Source: Octopus sinensis (lineage: Eukaryota). From it: DNA of 64,000 bases. The notes beneath the pieces are model-generated. The model was not told the origin of the DNA. It saw only the letters and a list, made by a program, of their open reading frames with translations, and did no database searches. Numbering within the stretch: position 1 is the first letter of the stretch; each line of letters begins with the position of its first letter. Positions 25,691-36,085 of the stretch are shown here, in pieces. The position numbers and the translations under genes were made by a program. The stretch is taken from positions 25,358,001-25,422,000 of the forward strand of contig NC_043003.1 in assembly GCF_006345805.1 (NCBI RefSeq), written 5' to 3'.

Positions 25691-26806
25691 AAAGATTTTG
25701 CATCGCTTCTCGGCCTCGTTTTGAATTTTTGCTTTTAGAATGATCGCTTCTTGGCCTCGTTTTGAATTTTGGCGCCTAGAATGATCGCTTCTTGGCCATG
25801 ATTTCAATTTTGCATTTAAAATCTACGTCGTTAAACCGCTAACTGTTGTGTGAGTTCGTTGCCGTTTGTGCTTTATTATTGAACTGTTGTTGAATTACAG
25901 TAATTTTCGCCTTACGGGGCAGAAAGTTTCTGTCTTGGATTGGCCTGTATATTGGTTATTTTGTAAAAAAAAAGTTTTATTCTTATGGAAACTTTGTCAC
26001 TCGTGACGTTCAACAAGGAGTTTGACTTAACGTCTCACGCTGACTTTCTCGAGATGGGACAGGCAAATAACAATGCAAACATGAAGGAAAACCGGGATAA
26101 GCAAAGTTTTTCTGAAGCAGTAAACGGCAGCATAATTGAGTTGGAAGTTGCAATGGATAAACTTTTTCAATTCAGAAAGTACATACAAAAAGCTAAGGAG
26201 GAGACTAAACTTGTACAACCCCCGGAAACATTGAACGCTATTCGCGAAAAAATTGTCTACAAGATATATAATTTAAAGGAAAAAAATTACTAATGCAAAA
26301 AACGAATTAATTGAACAGTGCTTGGCACCGATATGGGAAAAATACGCTACGTTAGCCGAGGAATAAATGCAGAGCTGTTGTTGAATTACAGTAATTTTCG
26401 CCCTACGGGGCAGAAAGTTTCTGTCTTGGATTGGCCTGTATTGGTTATTTTGTAAACATTGAACGCTATTCGAGAAAAAAATGTCTACAAGTTGTACAAT
26501 TTAAAGAAAAAAAAAATTAGTGAGGCAAAGAACGAAGTAATTGAACGGTGCCTGGCGCCAATATGGGAAAAAGGCGATCATTCGTTACTAGTAACATAAG
26601 TCACTTATAAACGCAGGTGGGTTTATTTACATTTCTGAAGAAAAAAAGGGTAAAATTAAGGATACCCTTCCCCCCACCCCTAACCATAACCCCCACATTT
26701 ATAAAAAAACTAAAAATTTTACGGGGCGATGTTTCGCTTGTCGTAGCACACGTTTCCGTCGATTTCCGTAAAAAATGTAAACACTGAATCGGCCATACAT
26801 ACATAC

Positions 26807-26841
<35 letters not shown>

Positions 26842-29800
26842 TACATGCAGACATACATATACACATACACCGAGTAAAAAATTTCAGTTATCTCTCTCTT
26901 TCACACATTACTCTGTCTCTTCACACACACTAACAGAAGCACTTCACTTACACAACATACTGTCTGTCTCCCACACCCCATCAAACACACACACGGGGAC
27001 TTCAAAGAGAAATTTCCTCGTCATAAAATCGCTTCCTCTTAGTCTCTTTCGCTCTCATTACTTATGTAAAAAAATAAAAGTTTTTTACGGAAATCGACAG
27101 AAACTTGTGCTATGACAAGCGAAACTTCGCCTTTTACGGAAAGTGACGATCTTCTTCAAGTGTAAATGGGACTCATATCGAAAGAATTAAAGATACCCTT
27201 CCCCCCACCTCTAACCTTAACCCCCACATATATAAAAAACTAAAAATTTTACGGAAAGTGACGATCTTCTTCAAGTGTAAACAAATTACACGTGATGTAA
27301 ATGGGACTCATATCGAAAGAATGCCGGGAAAAATATGCTACTTTAGCCGAGGAGTAAGAAGTGCAACAATTGAAGCTCACTTCGACTCGGCTAGCGTAGC
27401 AAAGGAAGTTTCAACCCAAACGTTGAAAAATGAAATAATTATGCTGCTGCCCACTTACTTGGCCAAAATAACAGTCGGTTTCGACGTGATGTGGGTGGCG
27501 GAGACTGTGTTCTTCGACGTGGAACAGAAGATAACAAGCATGAAGAAAAAATAACCGGAAAATTGGAAGGGACAAATTCTTGAAATGGTCGTCCAAGCGG
27601 AGAACACAACACTTGAGAATTTGCCAGATAGGGTTTTCGTGGGGGAGGGGCACACCATCAGTGTAGCGGTGGAGGGATGTAGGCCTAGGTGCTCCAAGTG
27701 CGGGAAAAGGGCCACGTTCGCTCCGCCTGTACTAAGAAAAAAAAAATGGGTGATGCCCTTCCTCCAAGCGCTGTGAAAATCACAAGATAAAAATACAAAA
27801 GAAACCGAAGGAAAAAAGAGCGAAAACGAAAAGGAGGAAAATAAAGAAAAACAAAAAGAAGTGGAAGATAAACAAACAGAATCTGAAGAAATGGAGTATA
27901 CAACTCACAAATAAAAGGAAGAAAACTCATACCCCGGACTCTCTATCCCAAACAAAAAAAATAGCAATACAGACGAACAAAATAAAAAAAAAATTCCCCA
28001 ACCCCACCCCAATGGCACTACTTTAAAAGGTCTCCGGGACTGGATGGTCTGCCCTACGAGTTTTATCGTTCGATGCCGGACTTGTTTGGAGACGTTCTGG
28101 CAAGCGTCTATGCAAACTGGCAGCAGAACGGGAGAATTCCCAGTACTGTAAGCCGGGGAGTCGTGACGCTGATCCAGAAAGACCCAAGCAAGGGGGATAA
28201 CATCAGTAACTACAGGCCCATAACTATTTAACGTAGAGTTAAAGATTTTGGCCAAGGTGTTAGCGAAAAGATTGACGGTTGTTGTGGGAAGCTTGTTGGG
28301 AGGGCACAGACTTGTGCAATCCCAGGCAGGTCGATCCAGGACAATCTTCATCTTCTCCGCTACACCTTAGAGAGGGTAGAGAAAATAGCCGGCAAAAGAG
28401 GTGGGATATTGGTCCACTTGGACCAAAGTAAAGCATTCGATAGGGTGGACCACCGGTACCTGGGGGCTGTCCTCAAAGCGGCTGGGCTAGGCCCTGGTTT
28501 TCGCGGGTGGATCACCGCAATGTATAGCGGCATCAAATCCACCGTCCAGATAAACGGTTACCTAACGGAGCTGTTTTCGATTAAGCGGTCTGTTCGTCAA
28601 GGGTGTCCCTTGTCTCCGATTCTGTATGTTTTGGCCCTGGAGCCATTGCTGAGGAGGCTGGAGAAGTTAGGCGGCAACCCTAATGAGATTGGATGCGGTA
28701 GGTTCACTTCTGCTTATGCGGACGACGTCACTCTCATCGTGTCTGACGAAGCACAACTACCTCGTGTAGAAGATGCTCTCCGGAGATACGAAGCGGTGGC
28801 AGGGGCAAAAGTTAACAAGGACAAGTCCATAGGTTTGCGCCTCGGCACCTGGAGGAACAAGCCGATATCGTCCAGTGTCGGCGGACACTGGACAGATGGT
28901 CCTGTTAAGTTGCTTGGAGTTTGGTTTGGTTCAGACTCCCAGACGGAGAAGAATTGGAGCGAGGTAGTGGACAAGGTGGAAGCCGTAGTACGGAAGTGGT
29001 CCGGAAGGTTTCTGTCCTTGAAGGGTAGAGCGGAGGTGGTGCAGATGTTTATAGCATCTGTAATCACCTACCGCCTGTCCGTAGTGCCTTGTCCCGATTT
29101 GTGGATAAACAAGCTGGTGCAACTCCTCTTCCGCTTTTTGTGGAGGGGGAGAAAGCCACTTGTGAGGAGCTCTGTGTGCTGCCAGGAACCGCTAAAGGGT
29201 GGCTTGGGGATGCCATGGCAAATGATGCGCAGACATGCATTGAGGCTGAGACATCTCTGGTGCCACCTGGAGGGTGATAAGGCGTGGAGTCCGTTGGCAG
29301 AGGAACTCTTGCCGCGATGGCCTCGCTGGAAAGATTTAAACCCGGTCTCATTAAAAGATGTAAGCTGACTTTATGGCAGAAGGAGTGTCGTTAGGCACTC
29401 TGGCTAATCCACAAGACGGGCAAGGCTGGCTGCGGGAATACGACCTCAGTATTCTATAGAGGGCTAGTGGAAGGAAAAAATGATGACGTCCTAGGAGGGG
29501 CTCTGGGGTTCGACAAGAACCAACTTACCAACCTGTTTCAGAAAACCTTCAAGCCGGAGTATTTGGATAATTTCCAAAAATCTCCGACTTGGCAGTGCTA
29601 CAGGAATGCTTTACCTGTTCGCGAGAGGTTATCTAGGCACGGTTTGGCAGTGCCACCGACATGTCCAAGATGCGGGTAGGATTGTGAAACAGTCCAGCAC
29701 TCTTTTGTACATTGTTGGCAGCTTTCCAGCTTGATAGCTTACGTGGAACATGTGTTGTCGCATCTGGGACGAGTACAGCTGTCGGCTGGATCTATGATAA

Positions 29801-30298
29801 AGATGATACTGCCAACTGGACTCTTGAAGGAAGGTGAGGCTTGTCTTTTTCTGCATGATAGCAGTGTTGAAAGAGTGTATATGGAGGACAAGAATGGAAG
29901 GTTTTGTGACAGGGTCCTATATATATCCAACCCTGGATTGCTGCTTTACTTCAGATACCATCTGAAGAGCAAGATAGGGCTGGAGAAGAGGACCCTGTTA
30001 GCTAGAGTATATGAACAAAGATGGAAGGAAGTGGTGAAAAAGGTGGGTGTAAGTTACCCAAATTGATCATCACGGAAATAAAAAGTAATCTGCTGGGTCG
30101 AAAGACACCTTTTTTTCTTCTTTTTAAAGGTTAAGCTTCAAGTAGTCATAATCTTTATTTATTTGTAAATTATTTATACCTTGTATATAATAATTGAAAA
30201 TTTTTTTATACAACACGAACTCATTCATTCTATGTAATTGTTTGCCCTGTGCTGTCCTCATTTCTGTGTTAGATCCTTAGTGATCTTAATAAAGATTT
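25691..30298 (+). mobile_element. Tx1/L1-clade non-LTR retrotransposon, copy B (endonuclease region deleted; ORF1 duplicated and interrupted)
   Basis: ORF1 relic at 25985-26575 and 27300-27780 is homologous to copy A (KQSF...DKLFQF; CLAPIW; GVRSATIEAHF; CSKC knuckle). Sequence jumps at about 28027 directly to the GLDGLPYEFY region. RT ORF 28409-29368 (LDQSKAFDRVDH, AYADD). The 3' UTR ends AATAAAGATTT, abutting U2 +1. Confidence 0.92.
26660..27290. mobile_element. MITE-like or unclassified non-autonomous DNA repeat inserted in ORF1 of copy B
   Basis: About 51-bp inverted repeats (26725-26775 and 27081-27131, few mismatches) flank an (ACAT)n/(AC)n-rich core. About 64-bp direct repeats at 26660-26723 and 27191-27254. 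Confidence 0.65.
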
Positions 30299-30393
30299 AT
30301 CGCTTCTCAGCCTTTTGGCTAAGATCAAAGTGTAGTATCTGTTCTTATCAGTTTAATATCTGATACGGTCCCTATTTGGGACCATCTATATTA
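30299..30393 (+). pseudogene. U2 snRNA 5' fragment (nt 1-95), truncated before the Sm site
   Basis: Matches 20535-20629 with 3 substitutions. Begins immediately after the 3' end of Tx1 copy B (aataaagattt|atcgc). Confidence 0.93.
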
Positions 30394-30543
30394 TTTTCAG
30401 AATATATTTCACATTAAATTTCTACATGCAGAGGCTTGCAGGGAAAATATATGACGAGAAGGAATTTGAGAGGTTTGAGTTTTGGTTAAAATGTCTAGTA
30501 CAGTGCATGTAGAAATTTAATGGGAAATATATTCTGAAAATAA
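30391..30543. repeat. 40-bp inverted repeat (30391-30430 and 30504-30543, 1 mismatch) with a 73-bp spacer
   Basis: TTATTTTCAGAATATATTTCACATTAAATTTCTACATGCA and TGCATGTAGAAATTTAATGGGAAATATATTCTGAAAATAA. Confidence 0.9.
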
Positions 30544-30949
30544 GTTTCAAACATAACAAATATATTCATAGCTGTCATTTCTAGGAATCCAATCTCTACT
30601 TTTTAATGTCATTTCAGTTAGCATCAGATGCACAGACAAATTTATTTCACTGCAGCTGTATCCAATTATTTTATCAACTTTCAAAGTCTAAAGCAAAATG
30701 TTACAAAGAGCACATATGAATCTATATGAATTATTGTGAAATATTTGCTGTGAATTGACATGAATTGCAAAATTTGTGTACTGCTTGGAAATGTATGCTC
30801 CTTAATAATTTTGTATTCTAACTGAGAAGAATTTTCATTTATCAATAAAGGCTGACAGTTTATTTTACTTGTTCTTTTATTATCTAATTTCTTACTTTAA
30901 CACAGGAGCACTGTATACAATAATTTTATTATTATTATTATTATTAAAC

Positions 30950-31200
30950 CAGTAAGGGAAGTAAATAGCGTAAAAGAGAGTTACTTTTCTTGATAATTGA
31001 CGAAATACTTTTTCGCTACCATCTTTAGTACAGTCAATTCTTTGTCAACAAGCGGTCTTTGTAATTGACAGCACAACGAAATATTGATGTTGCTTTTATT
31101 GAGATTTGGTTGTTGAGAAAAAAATTCAAAAATGAGAAGTTGAGAATTAGCAGAGGACGTCATATATATCTCATATTCAAACCACTTTGATTTTGTAAGT
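30950..31200 (+). promoter_or_regulatory. Putative promoter and non-coding first exon of ZNF-2 (paralogous copy at about 39590-39765 for ZNF-3)
   Basis: Duplicated block (aagggaagtaaatagcg..aaaagagttact...tgacgaaa.ac.ttttt..ctaccatcttta) upstream of both genes, each followed by a GTAAGT donor (about 31195 and 39758). Confidence 0.5.
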
Positions 31201-31809
31201 ATTATTAATATAGATCAGCGTTAACACGTTTTCTTTTCTTAAGATTTACCAATGCCTATTTCTTTTGATATTTTATTTCGCTCAGTTAAGTTCATTGATA
31301 CACGTACAAAGAAAAAAAAAGTTTACGAAAATAAAGCTGCTGTACGGATGGATCGGGTGTGATATGTGTTGTATTGTCTCGGACTAAGATCTGTTGCTAT
31401 GTGTTACCCGAGTCCTTTAGTAATATTTACATCTGTATAATTATGTTTCCCTAATTGAACACATTTATAGTGTTTCGTTATATACTTAACATCAAGAATG
31501 GTTAACGTCACATTGAATATTTTATATTACTTATGTTAGTCGTGGAATATTTCGAAATTGTTGCCGATACAAAAATATTACAGTAAAAAAAAAAATACTT
31601 CAGCTTTATAACAAAGTAACGTTTTGAAGATTTTTATTATATATACTAAAAAGACAATATTGTTATATTTCGGGATTGCCTTTTTCTTTTATTAACCCCC
31701 CTCCCCCGCCCGCCAAATAGCTTTCGATAAATATCAAAATGTATCAGTCAACGCTATCAAGAGAGACGACTTCAATACAAAGGCGGATCAACAATTGAAA
31801 CTGATCGGT

Positions 31810-32056
31810 GATAATAATCATTGCCGAGTCATATAGACTCATAGAGCCAGTTTCCCCACATTCTGGACCAGGCGATGAGCAAAACACTTCATTTCACGTT
31901 GCCCCAGTCCAATCAGCTGGCACAAGTGAGTAATCCTGCGACAGACCGGCGTCCTGTTCAGGTGTGGAATATATACACTACAGAACCCGGGAAACCGACC
32001 TTATGAATCTATATGATTCGGTAAAGCGCTTTATGGTTTATAATAATAATAATAAT
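31810..32056. mobile_element. SINE fragment(s) with V-domain-like core and (AAT)n tail, arranged as an inverted pair of 3' ends
   Basis: cctgcgacagaccggcgtcctgttcagg. 31835-31860 and about 31990-32015 are reverse-complementary. Confidence 0.45.
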
Positions 32057-33265
32057 TTCTACTATAGGCACAAGGCCTAAAATTCAGTCAGTTATGGACT
32101 TGTCGATTACATTGATTCTAATGCTCAACTGTAATTGTAGTTTTGGTACAAGACCGGTAATTTTGAAAAGAAGGGCAATTTACTTACATCAATCTCAATG
32201 CTTGACTGGTACCTATTTTATCGACTTGAAAAGGATGAAAGGTAAAGTCAATCTGCTCAATTTGAATGTAAAGAGCTAAATGAAATACCGCTAAGCATTT
32301 TGTCTAACATGCTAACAACTCTGCCAGCTTATCACTTTGATGATGATAATAAGAGTACTTAGAGAGCACAAACCTCTCCTAAGACAACACCAACATCCTC
32401 TCAATAATTAGCCAGAGATGATTTTTAAAATGAGAATATCTGAGATAAAATCAACTGCTCTCACAAATGAGTATACTAAAAATGAACCCAACCACTCTAA
32501 AAAATTAAGTAAAAAAAACAGGAAAAATAATCCAGAATCCTTGTCCGGTACCAGATCAATCCCAAAATCTAATCAGTTTGTGCCAGTCACAAGGCCAAAC
32601 ATTCTTGAAAGTTTAATATGAATCCATCCAGCAGTTCTTGAGTTATCTTGTCCAAAGACAAACAAATATGACTGAAAACAATACCTTTGCCTTCACTAAG
32701 GTGGAGGTAATGATGATGTAGATAGTTGTGCAATGGCTCAAGTATTCAGCAACTGTTGCTCAGATAGAATAGTGTAGTTTGAGAAGGATTTAGATGTATT
32801 GTTTGGGGTTACATATTGACTGTCTTTTTATATCTGTGGATATTCTCTCTCTCTCTCTCTCTCACTGTTTTCAATTTTTATTGTATTTTGATATTTATAG
32901 TATACCATCTTCCATTTCAGAGTTTCACAAGTCTTTGAGATGAAAGTCTCTTATCCAAGATACAAGAAATTTCTCGTATTTTGAAACTACAAGTAATGAG
33001 TGAAACACATGCTTGCTATTCTACGATTAAAATGAAAAAAATTGGAAAATGAAAATGCAAAAATGAAAAAAATTGATGCCACATTCCAGTGTCAACTAGA
33101 TGATTTTGCATCCATGTTAAAATTGAAAAGTTGATAAACAGCTTCTGGTGAATTGTATACTAGCTCTTTCATATCCAAAATTAACTGGAGAAGTGGAGTT
33201 AGTTTAATATATTTCTGTGGGAAAAAAAAAGGCGTTCGAAGACTGGAGAAGCAAAAGAGAATATC

Positions 33266-35122
33266 ATGGAAGAAATATCATACAAGAGTCAGTTTCTTGG
33301 AGAAACACAGCTAGAAAATATTGATTTCTCTCAAGAGAAACAAGAGGAGGCAGAGAATAAACCCTACTGCAGTGATATTTCTACAACAAAAAATAATTTA
33401 AAACCTGAAGTAAATAATTTACTTCACTCTGGATCAAAGTTTTATCAATGTAAAGAATGTGGCAAAAATTTTACAAGAAACAGTTCTTTATATCGGCACC
33501 AACTTATTCATACAGGAGAGAAGCCATACCATTGTGATATCTGTGGTAGAAAGTTTTCACGGCAGAGCAGTTTACGTACACATAAGTATACTCACACAGG
33601 TGATAAACCATTCCAATGTGATATTTGTGGCAAAAAGTTTACTGGAAATAATGATTTAACTTGTCACAAACGTATACACACAGGAGAAAGGCCATACCAG
33701 TGTGACATCTGTGATAAAAGATTTATGGGGAATAGGGATTTATCTCGGCACAGACGTATCCACACAGGAGAGAGGCCATATCACTGTGATATCTGTGATA
33801 AATCATTTTCTAGGGATAGCAATTTGTATAGACACATACGTATACATACAGGGGAGAATACCTCATGCCAGTGCAATATTTGTGGTAAAACATTCTCAGA
33901 CAATGCTAACTTAACACGCCACATACGTATACACACCGGTGAAAAACCATACCAGTGTGATATCTGTGATAAAGCATTTTCCTTACGTAGTGGTTTATCT
34001 TCCCACAAACGTACTCACACAGGAGATAAACCATATCCCTGTGATATCTGTGATAAATCATTCTCTACAAGTAGTAGTTTATGTAATCACAAGCGTACTC
34101 ACACAGAGGAGAAGCCATACCACTGTGATTTCTGCAATAAGACATTTTCTATGAGCTGTAGTTTGTCTAGCCACAAACGTATACACACTCGGGAGAGTCC
34201 ACACCACTGTGATATATGTGATAAAACATTCTCTACAAGTTATATTCTCTGTAGACACCTGCGTATTCATGCAGGAAGCAGCTCTTCATACCAGTGCAAT
34301 ATTTGTAGTAAAACTTTCTCAGACAGTACTAATTTAACTCGTCACATACGTATTCACACAGGAGAAAAACCGTTTCACTGTGATATCTGTAATAAAACAT
34401 TTTCCAGAAGCAGTAGTTTATATTCCCACAAACGTACTCACACAGGAGAGAAGCCATATCACTGTGATATCTGTGGTAAATCATTCTCTGTCAGCAGTAA
34501 TTTATATACCCACAAACGTACTCACATGGAGGAGGATCCAAATGATTGTAATACCTCTAATAAGTCATCAGTTAATAGTTTATATACACATAAATGTACT
34601 CACACAGGAGAGAAACAGTATCACTGTGAAATATGTGGTAAAGTATTTTCTACGAAGTGTAGTTTATCTAAGCATAATCGTACTCATACAGGAGAAAAAC
34701 CATATGGTTGTGGTATCTGTAATAAGCGATTTTCTAGAAGTAGCTCATTGTCTACTCACAAACGTTTCCACACAGGAGAGAAGCCTTATCGATGTATTGT
34801 CTGTAGTAAATCATTCTCTGCTGCTAGTGGTTTATATTTCCACAAACGTACTCACACAGGGGAGAAGCCTCATCGATGTGTTATTTGTGGTAAATCATTC
34901 TCTGCTGTTAGTGGTTTGTATTTCCACGAACGAACTCATACAGGAGAGAAACCATACCATTGTGAAATCTGTGGCAAAACATTTTCTATGAGCTGTAGTT
35001 TATCTAACCACAAACGTACACACACGGGAGAGAAACCATATCACTGTGGTGATTGTGGTAAAACATTTACTTACAGCAGTTCTTTGTATCGTCATAAAAA
35101 GATTCATAGAAAGGAGAAATAA
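33266..35122 (+). CDS. C2H2 zinc-finger protein (ZNF-2), 19 intact fingers plus 1 degenerate finger, 618 aa
   Basis: Open ORF with TGEKPY linkers. Finger 14 is broken ([21 protein letters not shown]). Candidate acceptor tttcag|agtttcacaag near 32920. Confidence 0.95.
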   Translation: MEEISYKSQFLGETQLENIDFSQEKQEEAENKPYCSDISTTKNNLKPEVNNLLHSGSKFYQCKECGKNFTRNSSLYRHQLIHTGEKPYHCDICGRKFSRQSSLRTHKYTHTGDKPFQCDICGKKFTGNNDLTCHKRIHTGERPYQCDICDKRFMGNRDLSRHRRIHTGERPYHCDICDKSFSRDSNLYRHIRIHTGENTSCQCNICGKTFSDNANLTRHIRIHTGEKPYQCDICDKAFSLRSGLSSHKRTHTGDKPYPCDICDKSFSTSSSLCNHKRTHTEEKPYHCDFCNKTFSMSCSLSSHKRIHTRESPHHCDICDKTFSTSYILCRHLRIHAGSSSSYQCNICSKTFSDSTNLTRHIRIHTGEKPFHCDICNKTFSRSSSLYSHKRTHTGEKPYHCDICGKSFSVSSNLYTHKRTHMEEDPNDCNTSNKSSVNSLYTHKCTHTGEKQYHCEICGKVFSTKCSLSKHNRTHTGEKPYGCGICNKRFSRSSSLSTHKRFHTGEKPYRCIVCSKSFSAASGLYFHKRTHTGEKPHRCVICGKSFSAVSGLYFHERTHTGEKPYHCEICGKTFSMSCSLSNHKRTHTGEKPYHCGDCGKTFTYSSSLYRHKKIHRKEK

Positions 35123-35651
35123 TAATTGAACTATACAATAATACTTGGAAAGAGTGAATAGAAATACTGTTGACAATACTAATGTTACATATAACATGTT
35201 AGTCATTCTACACTTTTTATAAGATGTGTATAGATATTTTTGTATTTCTAATGATTTATTGCACCAGTATCATTAAACCGTCACTATAATTTTCTTAAGT
35301 TTTTACCATTTCTCTACATTTAATCAACATTAAAAACATTTTTGTTCCTCTAATGGACTACAGTAACTAAAACGCTATAGCTGGATAAAATGGCATTATA
35401 TGAGAAAATTTAAGGGAATCATTCAAATCTAACTTTTTATTTCTTTTAATTGAAATAAAACTATAAAATAATGGTTTGTGTTATTTAAATTACACTTTTT
35501 CAGCCTAAAGAGTTTACTATTAATGATGTTGTAGTAGCAGCCTATTAAACTTTTGTTTTAAAGGTTACAGTTATGCCACTGTGGATGTTTTAATAACATT
35601 CATTAATAAAGTAACTAGTAATTAAGCGTAAGAAAACATTTAGAAAATATT

Positions 35652-36085
35652 GGTTTCAAATTTTGGCACAAGGCCAGGAATTTGGGGGGAGGGATAAGTT
35701 GATTACATTGACCTCAGTGATCAACTGGTATTTATTTTATCGACCATGAAAGGATAAAGGCAAAGTCCAACCTCAGCAGAATTTGAACTCAGAGCATAAA
35801 GATGGATGAAATGTCACTAAGCATTTTAGCTGGCACAGTGACAATTCTGCCAACTTGCTGCCTTCCAATGATTTCAAATTTTTGGAAAAGGCCAGGAATT
35901 TTGAAGGAGTGGATAAGTCAATTACATTAATCCTAGTGTTCAACTGGTACTTATTTTATTGACCCTGAAAGGATGATAGGCAAAGTTGATCTCAGCGAAA
36001 TATGAACTTAGAACATGAAGATGGATGGAATGCCACTGAGTGTTTTGCTCAGTGTGCTAACAATTCTGCTAGCTTGCCATCTTAC
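35652..36085 (-). mobile_element. Two tandem SINE family 1 copies
   Basis: Two consecutive units of about 215 bp with the same body motifs. Confidence 0.8.

Noticed and set aside
33459-34991. Alternative-frame and antisense ORFs over the ZNF genes (for example 34380-34991, 33781-34008, 42500-42700, 5638-5868)
   Set aside because: Shadow ORFs produced by the 84-bp finger periodicity and codon bias; no independent protein features.
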